Source of the DNA: an uncultured Gemmatimonadales bacterium
GTDB taxonomy: Bacteria > Gemmatimonadota > Gemmatimonadetes > Gemmatimonadales > Gemmatimonadaceae
Length of the DNA: 64,000 nucleotides
Assembly (NCBI GenBank): GCA_963707505.1
Contig: CAVPQB010000004.1
Coordinates: 928,001-992,000 of the forward strand
Direction of reading: 5' to 3'
Position 1 is the first letter of the stretch, and each line of letters starts with the position of its first letter. The notes under the pieces were generated by a model, which saw only the letters and a program-made list of their open reading frames with translations, did not search any database and was not told the DNA's origin. The position numbers were made by a program, and so were the translations under genes. Below are positions 28,846-39,829 of the stretch, piece after piece.

Positions 28846-29634
28846 CATCAACCGCTGAGCCGCTTCGCGTTGCGCTCGGCGAGTACGACATAGGGTGGCA
28901 TGATCCGGCTGACATCGCTCGATCGTGCGTCCGCCATCGTCGCCGCCGCGGCGATGAGCGGCGCTCATTTTGTCGTGCTGCCGGAGATGTGTACCACCGG
29001 CTTCACCATGGACGCCGATTTTGCGGAGCCACTGGAGGGAGAGAGCGTCACGCAGCTCTCGAAAATGGCGTCACAATCCAAAGTGTGGCTACTTGCCGGC
29101 GTCGCGACGCGAGACATGGATCCCGCAACGCGCACGGCGAGGAACTCGGCGTTGATGTTTTCACCCACCGGTGCGCTCGCCGCCGTTTACCACAAGCAGC
29201 GACTGTTCGCCTACGCGAATGAGCAGCGCGCCTACATTGGCGGCGAGCAGCCTCTCGTCATCGATGTAGATGGAGTGCGCGTAAGCCCATTCATCTGCTA
29301 CGATCTGCGATTTCCGGAACTATTTCGCGCGATCGCGGCGGAGACGGATCTGATCGTCGTCATTGCAAGCTGGCCCGCGGCGCGACGCGCGCATTGGGAC
29401 GCGCTGTTGCAGGCCCGTGCAATCGAGAACCAGTGCTACGTGATCGGCGTGAATCGCACGGGCGTCGGTGATTCAATCGTCTACGACGGTGGCTCCGCAG
29501 CGTACGACCCGTGGGGAACGCCGCTGGACCGATCGATTGTTCCCGGTGCAACCGACATCTCATCCGTGTCGGTTTCACCAGGAGAGGTAGGACGGGTCCG
29601 CGGGGCATATCCCTTCCTTGCCGATCGCCGTTAA
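28842..29634 (+). CDS. Nitrilase-family carbon-nitrogen hydrolase, omega-amidase/YafV-like (frameshift near 28910)
   Basis: E-K-C triad: VLPEM, YHKQRLF, ICYDLRFPE; ARAIENQ; GTG start overlaps the upstream stop. Confidence 0.88.
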
Positions 29635-29657
29635 CGACGGTTGGACCTCGACGTCTA
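29630..29657 (+). promoter_or_regulatory. Putative ECF-sigma promoter
   Basis: GTTAAC-N16-CGTCTA. Confidence 0.4.
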
Positions 29658-29711
29658 TTCTCCTGAGCGTGCAGTCAACGTCAGTTTCACACTGCGGGAC
29701 GGAGGATTGAC

Positions 29712-30107
29712 ATGAGGTATGGACTTATTGCCGCAGCGGCGGCCGCGACCCTTTCCATAAGTGCCATTTCGGCTGGTGCGCAGGGCGTCATGCTGACACC
29801 AGCGAATGCCGCCTGGTGCAGTGTTCACCGCGATCGGTGCGCCGATGTGCGCGACGCGCGTTACGACCGGCGGGACGTTCGCCGGGACGCTCGCGACATC
29901 GCGTGGGATCGGCGCGAAATCCGCGCTGACAACCGTGTAGTCCGCCAGGACGTGCACGACATCCGCGTCGATCGTGCCTACCACAACCCCGCCGCGGTGC
30001 GCGCTGACCAGCGGTCCGCCGCAGCAGCCCAGCGGGCCGCGAACGCCGAGTATCGCGATATCTTCGGCGACCGTCGCGACATCAGAAACGATCGTCGCTG
30101 GCCGTAA
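29712..30107 (+). CDS. Secreted protein with Asp/Arg heptad repeats
   Basis: GGAGG RBS; signal peptide; DRRDVRR-DARDIAW-DRREIRA-DNRVVRQ-DVHDIRV. Confidence 0.75.
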   Translation: MRYGLIAAAAAATLSISAISAGAQGVMLTPANAAWCSVHRDRCADVRDARYDRRDVRRDARDIAWDRREIRADNRVVRQDVHDIRVDRAYHNPAAVRADQRSAAAAQRAANAEYRDIFGDRRDIRNDRRWP

Positions 30108-30117
30108 CTCCAACGCG

Positions 30118-30165
30118 AAAAAATAAGGAGGCCGTCGAGCGTGAACTCGGCGGCCTCCTTATTTT
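30118..30165. terminator. Bidirectional intrinsic terminator
   Basis: AAAATAAGGAGGCCGTCGAG...CTCGGCGGCCTCCTTATTTT between convergent genes. Confidence 0.85.
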
Positions 30166-30186
30166 CGTTGATCGCGGTCCCGTGTA

Positions 30187-30726
30187 TTATTGCGATCGCG
30201 CGTCGAGCGCCGCCGCGATGTCAGCCTCGAGTGCGCCGGTGCTACCGCACTGTACGGCCGCCGTCGACGAATTCTGATCCTTGGCCTTCGCCGCCAGGCT
30301 GGTCCGCACGATTGTCCCCGTGTTGGACGCCTGAAGCTGCGTCGCGACGCTGAGCCAAACGTGGTACGAGTTTGCGCGTTGCGTTCCGAATGGCGTGACA
30401 CCACAGTCGATGATGCGCGACATCGGCGTCTGCCCGAACCTGCCACTGAACTGCGCATTCTGGGCAGCGACTGCGAAGTCAGCGCTGTCGCGTGCAGTCA
30501 CTGGCAGTCCGAAATTGGAGTAAGCGGCATTGAGCTTCGCCCAGAGGCCGGCGGGCGTCCCCGCGACGTTTTGGGTCAGCACCCGGACGTCCTGTTTGTA
30601 CTCCAGCGACGCGCTGTTGCCAACCATCACCATTACTGGGTCCTGCCGCTGGTTCACCACAGATCCACTCGCGCAGCCAGCGATCGCGAGAACGGTGATC
30701 GTGAGCAATGACCGACGTATGTGCAT
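30187..30726 (-). CDS. Hypothetical lipoprotein
   Basis: Lipobox IAGC; conserved-looking IDCG and CGSTG.LE motifs. Confidence 0.7.
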   Translation of the reverse strand: MHIRRSLLTITVLAIAGCASGSVVNQRQDPVMVMVGNSASLEYKQDVRVLTQNVAGTPAGLWAKLNAAYSNFGLPVTARDSADFAVAAQNAQFSGRFGQTPMSRIIDCGVTPFGTQRANSYHVWLSVATQLQASNTGTIVRTSLAAKAKDQNSSTAAVQCGSTGALEADIAAALDARSQ

Positions 30727-30804
30727 GCGACCGGCTCCTTCAGGATGGGGATGCTCTGCAGAAAGTAGCTGTTTAGGAGCGCGCCGGCTAGCGTGTTGCG
30801 GAGC

Positions 30805-31584
30805 TCATCCGCAGAGGACGCTCCCACCGTTCACGTTGACGATCTCTCCCGTGATGTGGCGTGCCAGTGACGAGCAGAGGAAGACGACGGGGCCGGCGAT
30901 GTCGGCCGGCGTCGCGATCCTGCCGAGCGGGATGCCGCCGGAAATCCGCTCGATCCCGTGACCGGAGATAGCGCCTGCCACCATCTCGGTATCGACCCAC
31001 CCCGGTGCGACGCAGTTGACGGTGACGTCGCGCGGCGCAAGCTCCACGGCGAGCGACTTGGTGATCGAGATCACGGCACCCTTCGTAGCCGCGTAGTCCG
31101 CGTGATACGCCTCACCGCGCTGGCCCGCCGTGCTCGAGATGAGCACGACCCTTCCGCCGTCTGTGATCCTCCTCGCGACTGCAGCGCCGGTGAAGAAAAT
31201 CGAGTCGAGGTTTTCACGCATCGTCCGATGCCAACGCGCAGCGTCCATGGTGCTCAGCGCCACCTCCTCCTCCGGCCAGATTCCGGCGTTGCCGACGAAG
31301 ATGTCGAGACCGCCGAGTTCGCGTATGGTCGCCTGAACGAGCTGGTGTGCGCCTTCTGCCGTCGCGACGTCGGCCGCATGTACCGCGGCGCGAACGCCGA
31401 ACGCACTGGCGTCGGCTGCAACAGAGCTGGCATCGTCGTGCCGGCTCCGGTAGCCTATCATGACGTCTGCGCCCGCCGCTGCCAGCAGTCGCGCTGTAGC
31501 CGCGCCTATCCCGCGCGACGCGCCGGTGACAAGTGCGCGACGACCTGCCAGATCGAGAATGCCACGTTCTGTGCTATGGGCCAT
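30805..31584 (-). CDS. Short-chain dehydrogenase/reductase (FabG-like)
   Basis: TGASRGIG, NAG, YAATK, VNCVAPG, VNGG. Confidence 0.92.
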   Translation of the reverse strand: MAHSTERGILDLAGRRALVTGASRGIGAATARLLAAAGADVMIGYRSRHDDASSVAADASAFGVRAAVHAADVATAEGAHQLVQATIRELGGLDIFVGNAGIWPEEEVALSTMDAARWHRTMRENLDSIFFTGAAVARRITDGGRVVLISSTAGQRGEAYHADYAATKGAVISITKSLAVELAPRDVTVNCVAPGWVDTEMVAGAISGHGIERISGGIPLGRIATPADIAGPVVFLCSSLARHITGEIVNVNGGSVLCG

Positions 31585-31671
31585 GGCACAATGTATCCGC
31601 TACACGGCTCGAGGCGGGAGGGGCGGGAGATCGCCGCCGTGCCGTCGGTGACGCATGCGAAGCCTCAGTCG

Positions 31672-34600
31672 CTAGGCGACGCGGCCCTTCATTCGGCGTT
31701 CGCGATTGACGCAGCGCGATGCGTGGCCGGCGGCCCACCCCGCGACGTCACTGCCTGGCATCGGGTGCGCAAAGAAATAGCCCTGACCATACTTGCAACC
31801 AAGCTCAGCCAGAATATCGCACTGCTCCTGCGTCTCGATCCCTTCCGCGAGCGTCCGCACTTTCATCATCTCGCCCAGCGCGACGATAGTGCGCGCGAGT
31901 GCCCCGTCACCGCCGCTGCGCGCGATTCCTTCGACGAACGTCTTGTCGACCTTCAGCACGTCGATCGGGAACCGTTGCAGGTAGCTCAGCGACGAGTAGC
32001 CGGTGCCGAAATCATCGATGGCGAGTTGAACGCCCAGCGCCTTGAGAGCGTGCAATCGCACGAGCGTGTCAGTGGTGCGACGCATGAGGGTGCCTTCCGT
32101 AAGCTCGAGCACAACCCGGTCCGGTGGAGCGCCACTGCTCTCGAGCGCGGCTGCTACATCACTCACGAAGCTCTCGTGTTCCAGTTGCAATCCGGAGATG
32201 TTGATCCCCATGCGCAATTCTTCGTGCAGGCCTATCGCGCCGTCCGCTGCAAGCCTGTGCCACCGACTCAGCTCGTTGCATGCGCTCCTCACAACCCAGC
32301 GACCGATCTCCACGATCAGACCGGTATCCTCGGCGAGCTGAATGAACTGCTGCGGCGCAAGCTCGCCGCGTGCGCGATGCGACCAGCGGGCGAGCGCCTC
32401 GAATCCCTGAAGCATTCCGCTTTCAAGCGCCACGACCGGTTGAAACAGGAGATGCAGCTCGTCACGCTCCAGTGCGCCGCGGAGGTCCGACTCCAGCTCC
32501 AACCGATCGACAATTGCAGCGTGCATCCGCGGCTCGAAGACGGTGTGGCGCGCACAGCCCGCTTCCTTCGAGTTGTACATGGCGACGTCTGCATTGCGCA
32601 GTATGTCGTCCGCGGCGTCGCCTGGCGATGCGTGGGCGAGACCGAGGCTCGCCGTCACGATCACTTCACGGCCGCGCAGGCTTATCGGCGCGCGCAATGA
32701 TTCTTCCACGCGCGTAACGACGTCGAGCGCCTCCTCCGCGCTTACCAGCTCTTCCAGGAGGATCGCGAACTCGTCGCCGCCGAAGCGCGCAACGGTGTCG
32801 TGACTCCGCACCGCGGCGACGAGACGCGAGCCGACAGCCGCGAGCAAACGGTCGCCCTCGCCGTGTCCAAGACTGTCGTTGATGGTCTTGAAATCGTCCA
32901 GATCGAGGAAGAGAATCGCGACATGCTTGCCACGCCCGATGCGACTGAGCGCGTGCATGACGCGGTCACGGAAAAGAGCGCGGTTCGCGAGTCCCGTGAG
33001 CGGATCGTGGAACGCGCGATAGGTGAGTTGTGTCTCGAGCACCTTGCGCTCGGTAATGTCGACCGCGAGCCCGAGCGCGCCTTCGATGTCTCCAGATGCT
33101 GCTCTCAGCGGTTCAACGCTGCACACGAAGCTGCGTCCAGTCCACGCAAGCTCGAACGACGCCGAGTCGCCGCGCAGGGCGGATGAAATCGCGCTGGTGC
33201 CGGACGCCGTCTCGCCGGCACTGCCAAAATGCTCGCTCGCATGCAGTCCCGATGAGCTGTTCCGGCTCGATGCCGAGCGCGTTGAGGCCGGCGCCCAGCG
33301 CGGACGTGAAGCGACCATCCCGATCTGTGGCCCAGAGAACCGCCGGTATCTGGTGCATCACCAGATGCAGTCGCGCTTCGCGATCGCGCAGCGCAGACTC
33401 GGCCGCTCGGCGCGCGGTAACGTCGCGCAGCACCGTCTGTACCGCCGGCAATCCGTTGTGCTCGACAGCGACGGACAGTGCCTCGACATCGGCGATCCCG
33501 CGATCCGCAGTGATGATCCGGTACTCCGATGGCTTCGTCGAGAATGCGCCTCGTCCACGCTCGCCCACCGCGTCGACGAGTCGTTGGTGCGAGTCGGGAT
33601 GCACGAACGACGAGAGCGAGCGTCCTATGAATGCATCGGCGTCGCTTGCACCGAGCATTGCCGCGCCTGTCTTGTTGATGTAGAGCAGGGCGCCGTCGCG
33701 ATGGACTATTATCGCTTCCGGAGACTGTTCCACGAGTTGACGGTACCGCTCCTCGCTGGTCCGCAGTGCGCGCTCGGCGCGCACCTTCTCCGTGACGTCG
33801 CGTGATACGCCGATCAATCCGATGATGTTGCCTTCGGTGTCGCGCCACGGAGTACGCGTCGTCACGTACTGTCGCATAACACCGTCCGCATCTCTCGCGG
33901 TGGCGTCGGTAACGGCCGTCACTCCCGCCGTTATCGCATCCAGATCGCGCGCACGAATCAACCTTGCGGTATTTTCACCGAAGATGGACACGTCGTCCGA
34001 CCCGATGATGACGTGGGCGGGAACGCCGAACATGTGGGCGCCGGCAGAATTGATAAGGTGGTAGTGGCCGTCCACGGTCTTGGCCCATACCGCGTCGGAA
34101 GTTCCCTCGGTCACAGCTCGCATCGTCGCAACGTGCTGCCTGAGAATCTGTGCCGCGTGCGTACGCTCCGTGACATCCCGCACCACGGCGGTGAACACGA
34201 TCCGCTCCGCGCCAGTTCGCACGCTGATCGCCATTTCGATGACGAAGATCGCGCCATCCTTGCGTACGGCGCGAAGCTGTACGGTTCGCGCAGCGGCGTC
34301 GACACGACCGGCCTGAATGCGGCGCAGCGTGGAGAGATGAGCCTCACGCCGCTCCTGCGGGACGAGCATGCCGATCGACTGGCCCAGAACTTCGGCTCCG
34401 CTGTAGCCGAACATCTGCGCCGCGGGCGCGTTCCAGAAGACTATGCGCTGATCGCGATCGGCTGCGACGATGGCGTCGGTCACATCCTCGGCGATCGCAC
34501 GGAAGTGAGCCTCGGACTCTCGTAGAAACGATTCAGCAGCCGCCCGCCGATGCTCCCGGCGTCGGATAATGTACGCGGCAGTAGCCGCGGCTACCGCGGC

Positions 34601-34744
34601 TACGATGACGGGAATGAATCGCACGCCCCAGGGTGAATGACCGGGCAGTAACGCACGATCCGCGACCTGGAGCAGTGCAAGCGCCCCCAGGGTGCAGATA
34701 CCTACGATGACTGTCGATCGAGCGATCGAGGATCGTTCGTACAT
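31672..34744 (-). CDS. Membrane PAS-GGDEF-EAL c-di-GMP protein (frameshift near 33240)
   Basis: Two TMs and PAS domains in ORF 33113-34909; HDPLTGLANR, intact GGDEF, FEALARW and DDFGTGYSSL in ORF 31672-33318. Confidence 0.9.
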
Positions 34745-34968
34745 GGGGTGTGATGGTGGGCGAGAACGCGCCGCTCGGTCGGCTCGTCCATGGCTGAGTA
34801 TCGGCGCCAGGCGCGCGGCGTTGTAGCGCGCCGCTGATCGCTGGTAGCCCGAACAAGCACCGAAGATACGCGCTGACAGCGCCTTGCGCAGGGGCCCCGA
34901 AGGCGTCAAGCTTCAACTGCGCCAAGCGCTCTCACGTATCAGCGTAACACACTCAACCGATCCAGATT

Positions 34969-35385
34969 GTGACACCTTTCTTTCATCTCGCATTTCCGGT
35001 CGACGACCTCACCGCGGCGCGCACGTTTTATGGTGACGTCCTTGGCTGCAAGGAGGGCCGCAGCGATCCAGCCTGGGTCGATTTCGACCTGTTCGGTCAC
35101 CAGATCGTGGCCCACCTGCAGCCCGCTGCCGTAGGCGACCGTGCGTCGAGCGCCGTGGACGGCCACGGCGTGCCCATTCCGCACTTTGGTCTCGTCATGG
35201 AGATGCCGGATTGGGAGAACCTTGCGGCCAGATTGAAGTCCGCAGGGGTCAAGTTCGTAATCGAACCCTACGTTCGCTTTGCCGGCCTTCCAGGCGAGCA
35301 GGCGACGATGTTCGTGCGCGACCCCGCCGGAAACGCGCTCGAGTTCAAGGCGTTCCGCGACATGTCACAGATCTTCGCCAAGTAG
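34969..35385 (+). CDS. VOC/glyoxalase family protein
   Basis: [28 protein letters not shown]. Confidence 0.9.
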   Translation: MTPFFHLAFPVDDLTAARTFYGDVLGCKEGRSDPAWVDFDLFGHQIVAHLQPAAVGDRASSAVDGHGVPIPHFGLVMEMPDWENLAARLKSAGVKFVIEPYVRFAGLPGEQATMFVRDPAGNALEFKAFRDMSQIFAK

Positions 35386-35393
35386 GCTCAGAA

Positions 35394-35425
35394 CTCGTCA
35401 TCCCCGAGAAGGCGGGGATGACGAG
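35394..35425. repeat. Short REP-like palindrome
   Basis: CTCGTCATCCCCG-agaagg-CGGGGATGACGAG; same end sequence as the element at 45381. Confidence 0.7.
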
Positions 35426-35447
35426 AAGAGCGTGCGTAACCGAAGCG

Positions 35448-38400
35448 CTAGACAATCGGTGGAAGGTTATGCCGCTTCACAGTTGCGTCAAACGTCGCGA
35501 CATCCGATGCGACGACAGCGTCGAGCTTCCGCAGGATTCCGTCGAGCTCCGCTGACAGCTGCTTGAAGACGACGTACGATGCGGCAGTCGGTTTCGCATC
35601 GCCGGACTCAACGCTGGATCCAAGCGCCGCGATTCGGTTGTTGATTCTGATCGGGAAGTTGAGCGGATCCTGACCGCTCCTGTTGTGCGTCTGGTAGAGC
35701 TCTTCTTCTATCGCCAGTAGCTTTGCGGCGGTCGCGCTTCCAGCCTTTGTGACATCCTGCGCTTTCGCCCGCGCAATTCTGTCCGCGATCTTGCTGCGCA
35801 TCTGCCTGATGCGAATCACCGCAGTGTCGGCCGCAGAAACCCGGTCGCGGATCTGCATGCTCAGCGCGAACTGTTCAGCGAGATCGCGTTCCGTGATACC
35901 CTTGAGCCGCGGGTCCATGCGCACCGTCAGCGGTTGTGTCGCCGTCGCCGAGCCCGCGGTGACCCGCACCGTATATTCACCAGGTAGAGCGAGCGGCCCG
36001 CGATCGGCGGAGCCACCCCACATGATCAGGCACTCGAACGAGACAGCTCCGGGGTAGCGAAGATCCCACCCGAACGTGTTCAGCCCCGCACGTCCCGTTG
36101 GCACGGCGTTGCCCCCGCGACGGCGTGGAGTTTCGCATCCGGTGGGATAGAGTATGGTGTCCTGCACTGCGATGTCCGGTCGCGAAGGCGTGGTGTGTGC
36201 CCTGGTGGAATCGTGATGTTGCTCTCCGCCTCCGACAAAGCTCTGCACCACCTTGCCATCATGGTCGAGGATGTCGATGCGTACGGTGTCTGCGCGCGAT
36301 GCGAGCGAGTACTGAACCGTGGCGGAATCGACTCTGCGCGTCGCGACGGGTGGTGTGAAGAGCGTGATCGCGCCATGGACCTCGGTGGCGTGACGGATGG
36401 GCGCGACGTCGTCCAGTACGTACATCGATCTTCCATGGGTCGCGATCACGAGATCGTTCTTCTCTACGGCAATGTCGGACACTTGCAGGTCGGGAAGATT
36501 GAGCGAGAACGGTTTCCACTGCGCACCATCGTTCCATGAAACGTAGAATCCGTGTTCAGTCCCGGCGTACAGCAGGCCAGACCGCGTGGGATCTTCGCGT
36601 ACGGCATGTACGTAGTCGTCAGCGCGAATTCCGGTCGTGATCTTCGTCCACGTCTTGCCCCAATCGTGTGTGCTGTAGATGTAAGGTGCGCGGTCGTCCT
36701 GCAGGTAACGCTTGGCCGCGAGATAGGCCGAGCCAGGCTCGTGATGTGATGCATCGATAATGCTGATGCGCGCGAATTTGGGGAGCGTCGGTGGCGTGAC
36801 GTCGGTCCATGTTCGCCCGCCGTCTCTCGTCACATACACCATCCCGTCATCCGATCCCGTCCAAATGACCGAGGTGTCGAGCGGTGACGGTGCGATCGTG
36901 AAGATCGTTGCATATATCTCCGGACCGTTCATGTCGTGCGTGATCGGACCACCGGATTCCCCGAGTGTCCTGGGATCTGCACGGGTGAGATCCGGCGAGA
37001 TGCGCTGCCACGTCTGGCCCTCGTCGGTCGTCTTCCACAGATGTTGCGACGAGGTGTAGATCGTTGTGGAATCCCTGGGTGAAAATACGATTGGATAGGT
37101 CCACTGCCAGCGCTCCGGCAACGCGCTGGACGGCTCACCCGAGAAGAAGCGAGGATACACCTGCACGTCGCGGAACTGACCGTTCGAGCGGTCGTAGCGA
37201 GACAGCAGTGCACCCTGGCTACCAGCATAGAAAATGTCCGGATGCTTGGGATCAGGAGCGATGTAACCTGATTCGCCGCCGCCTACCTGGTACATCCAGT
37301 CGCCGAGCTTGCGTGACGCCGCTCCACGCAGGTTGGCCCAGTCGTTGGACGGAAGGCAGAGCGTGGTGTTGTCCTGCTGTGCACCGCAGACGTGATACGG
37401 AAAATCAGTGGTAGTTGCAACGTGGTACAGTTGTGCGGTTGGAAAATTCTGGTCGGTCCAGGTTGCGCCACCATTCACGGAAACGGTGCCACCTCCATCG
37501 TTCGCCTCGATCATCCGCTGGTTGTCGTTGGATGCAATCCACAGCTCGTGATTGTCGCCATGTGGTACAGCCAGCGTCGTGTCGAAGTGCGTGCCGCCGT
37601 CGTCCGATCTGAAGAAATTGACGTTGAGCACGTACACTCGATCGCGAAGCTTGGGATCTGCCGTGATGTGCGTGTAATAGAAGGCGCGCTGCCGTAATTT
37701 GCGCTCATCGTTGGTGCGCTTCCACGTCGCGCCAGCGTCGTCCGAGCGATACACGCCGCCATCCGCCGCTTCGACGATCGCATACACACGGTTTGCGTCA
37801 GCAGGTGATACGGTCACCCCGATCCGCCCGATTATCCCCTTCGGCAATCCTGCATTGCGGGTGATCTCGGTCCAGTGGTCGCCACCGTCGGTTGTCTTGA
37901 ACAAACCACTGCCCGGTCCGCCGCTCGACATCTGCCACGATGTGCGATATGCCTCCCACAGAGCCGCATATAACACGTCAGGATGATTCGGGTCCATCGA
38001 CAGGTCGATCGCGCCGCTCCTGTCGTTGCGATACAGAATCTTTCGCCAGGTCCTTCCACCATCCGTGCTCTTGAACACGCCCCGCTCCGGATTGGGCGCG
38101 GACGGATGGCCGAGGGCAGCTACGTAGACGATGTCGGGGTTCTTCGGGTCGATGCGTATCTTCGCCACTGTCTGCGTCTCGGCGAGTCCCATGTGCGTCC
38201 ACTTCCTGCCGCCGTCGGTCGATTTGTAGATACCGTCGCCTTGCATGATGTTGCCGCGGATATCCGTCTCACCCATCCCGATGTACACGACGTCCGGATT
38301 GGATTCGGAAACTGCGACGGCGCCAACCGAGCTCGACTTGATCTGACCATCCGTTACGGGCTTCCAGCTCTGCCCGCCATCGGTCGTCTTCCACAATCCG

Positions 38401-38636
38401 CCACCAGTTGCGCCGAAGTAGTACTCCAATGGGCGACTCGCGCTGCCAGCCACGGCGATCGAACGTCCTCCGCGATTTGGCCCGATCGAGCGCCATGCCA
38501 TTCCGTGAAACTGCACGGAATCCGGTTGTGTGACAGCGCTCGTTTGAGCAGCAAGCTGCACCGGTGTGCAGAGTAGTATGGCGACGCAGATGCGCAGAAA
38601 ATGGCGAAGGCGTGGTCCGGCAATAGAGTCTGACAC
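35448..38636 (-). CDS. BNR/Asp-box repeat VPS10-like glycosyl hydrolase-related secreted protein
   Basis: WRSIGP.RGGR; many (K/R)(S/T)xDGGxxW Asp-boxes; GAGGT RBS before GTG 38636. Confidence 0.88.
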   Translation of the reverse strand: MSDSIAGPRLRHFLRICVAILLCTPVQLAAQTSAVTQPDSVQFHGMAWRSIGPNRGGRSIAVAGSASRPLEYYFGATGGGLWKTTDGGQSWKPVTDGQIKSSSVGAVAVSESNPDVVYIGMGETDIRGNIMQGDGIYKSTDGGRKWTHMGLAETQTVAKIRIDPKNPDIVYVAALGHPSAPNPERGVFKSTDGGRTWRKILYRNDRSGAIDLSMDPNHPDVLYAALWEAYRTSWQMSSGGPGSGLFKTTDGGDHWTEITRNAGLPKGIIGRIGVTVSPADANRVYAIVEAADGGVYRSDDAGATWKRTNDERKLRQRAFYYTHITADPKLRDRVYVLNVNFFRSDDGGTHFDTTLAVPHGDNHELWIASNDNQRMIEANDGGGTVSVNGGATWTDQNFPTAQLYHVATTTDFPYHVCGAQQDNTTLCLPSNDWANLRGAASRKLGDWMYQVGGGESGYIAPDPKHPDIFYAGSQGALLSRYDRSNGQFRDVQVYPRFFSGEPSSALPERWQWTYPIVFSPRDSTTIYTSSQHLWKTTDEGQTWQRISPDLTRADPRTLGESGGPITHDMNGPEIYATIFTIAPSPLDTSVIWTGSDDGMVYVTRDGGRTWTDVTPPTLPKFARISIIDASHHEPGSAYLAAKRYLQDDRAPYIYSTHDWGKTWTKITTGIRADDYVHAVREDPTRSGLLYAGTEHGFYVSWNDGAQWKPFSLNLPDLQVSDIAVEKNDLVIATHGRSMYVLDDVAPIRHATEVHGAITLFTPPVATRRVDSATVQYSLASRADTVRIDILDHDGKVVQSFVGGGEQHHDSTRAHTTPSRPDIAVQDTILYPTGCETPRRRGGNAVPTGRAGLNTFGWDLRYPGAVSFECLIMWGGSADRGPLALPGEYTVRVTAGSATATQPLTVRMDPRLKGITERDLAEQFALSMQIRDRVSAADTAVIRIRQMRSKIADRIARAKAQDVTKAGSATAAKLLAIEEELYQTHNRSGQDPLNFPIRINNRIAALGSSVESGDAKPTAASYVVFKQLSAELDGILRKLDAVVASDVATFDATVKRHNLPPIV

Positions 38637-38690
38637 GTCTACCTCTTGTGATCTGGATTGTAAACGAAGTCGACCCGTCGAGCCGACTGG

Positions 38691-38720
38691 TGTAACTGCT
38701 CCTGTAACAGTTTTTGTAAC
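38691..38720. promoter_or_regulatory. Triple TGTAAC direct repeat (12-bp period) upstream of the BNR gene
   Basis: TGTAAC at 38691, 38703 and 38715. Confidence 0.45.
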
Positions 38721-38773
38721 AGGTCCTGCATCAACTCCGCGTGACGACAGCGCGTCAAGCGTGTCAGAGCGTG

Positions 38774-39682
38774 TCAAGCGCGACCGGCGAGGACTGCTGC
38801 GGCTGTGTCATGCACTGGGGTCGGTACCCCTGTCTCACGGCCGAAGCGCGACACGGCGCCGCTCAACACATCGAGCTCGGTGGGGCCGCCGCGCTCCACA
38901 TCCAGCAGGAAGCTCGGCTTCATCGTCCCTGGAAGTTTGTCGATGTGATGCATCATGTCCGCCTCCTGCGATGCAGGAATCGGTACTCCACGCGCTCGTC
39001 CGACTGCGGCGATCTCCCCCACCGCACGCTCTATCAATAGATGACCAAGCTCGGTATCGCGAATGCCGGCGACATCGCTCCGCGCCATCCCACATGCCGC
39101 AGCCATCGCGCACAACATGTTGAACTTGCGCCAGAGCTCGACGATGATATTCGTGGTCGCGATGGCCTCGATGTCAGCTTCGCGCAGGGCATCGACAAGG
39201 CGCGTCACTCGTTCGGACAACACTCCGTTCAACTCGCCAACCACGATGCGCTCCTTCCACAACGCCCGCTGAATCACACCAGGCTCGGCCTTGTAGGCGC
39301 TGACATTGGTCTGACCGCCGAGCAGTTGTGAGCGCGGAACACCCGCGCGCTCGAGATCGTCTGCGGCTTCGACGCCGTTCAGAAGCGGAACTATGACGCT
39401 GCCGCCCAACGCGAGATTCCGCGCAACCGGAGCGACTTCGGCGAGAGAATAGCTCTTTACCGCTACTATCGTGAATTCGGCGCCGCTCAGCTCCTCCGGC
39501 AAGTGCGTTGCGCCGATAGGGACGGTGAAGCTGCCATTGGTGTCTCTGATGGTAATCCCGCCGGCGCGAATTGCCGCGAGATTGTCGCCGCGCGCGTAGA
39601 GTACCACGTCGTGCCCGGCCCGAGCGAGCAGGGCCCCAAAGTACCCGCCAACGCCGCCAGCGCCAAGAATTGCTATTCTCAT
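38774..39682 (-). CDS. panE: 2-dehydropantoate 2-reductase
   Basis: ILGAGGVGGYFG, VAVKSY, LLNGVE, LWRKF, PSFLLDVERG..TELD. Confidence 0.88.
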   Translation of the reverse strand: MRIAILGAGGVGGYFGALLARAGHDVVLYARGDNLAAIRAGGITIRDTNGSFTVPIGATHLPEELSGAEFTIVAVKSYSLAEVAPVARNLALGGSVIVPLLNGVEAADDLERAGVPRSQLLGGQTNVSAYKAEPGVIQRALWKERIVVGELNGVLSERVTRLVDALREADIEAIATTNIIVELWRKFNMLCAMAAACGMARSDVAGIRDTELGHLLIERAVGEIAAVGRARGVPIPASQEADMMHHIDKLPGTMKPSFLLDVERGGPTELDVLSGAVSRFGRETGVPTPVHDTAAAVLAGRA

Positions 39683-39829
39683 CGTACGATCAGGTGATTG
39701 GTTCCGGAGTAAAGCAAGATGTAACGATTTGGGCGCCAACGTGAGAGGGTCGCGGGCGATTGATGCGCGAGGCTTGTTTTTCCCGAGCCACGGTGCGAGC
39801 GTAGGCAACCAGAAATGCGCCCATCCTCG

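Noticed and set aside
30958..32700. 580-aa plus-strand ORF (similarly 6975-8645, 50829-52175 and 54285-55526)
   Set aside because: Antisense shadows of well-supported genes, common in high-GC DNA; no recognisable motifs.
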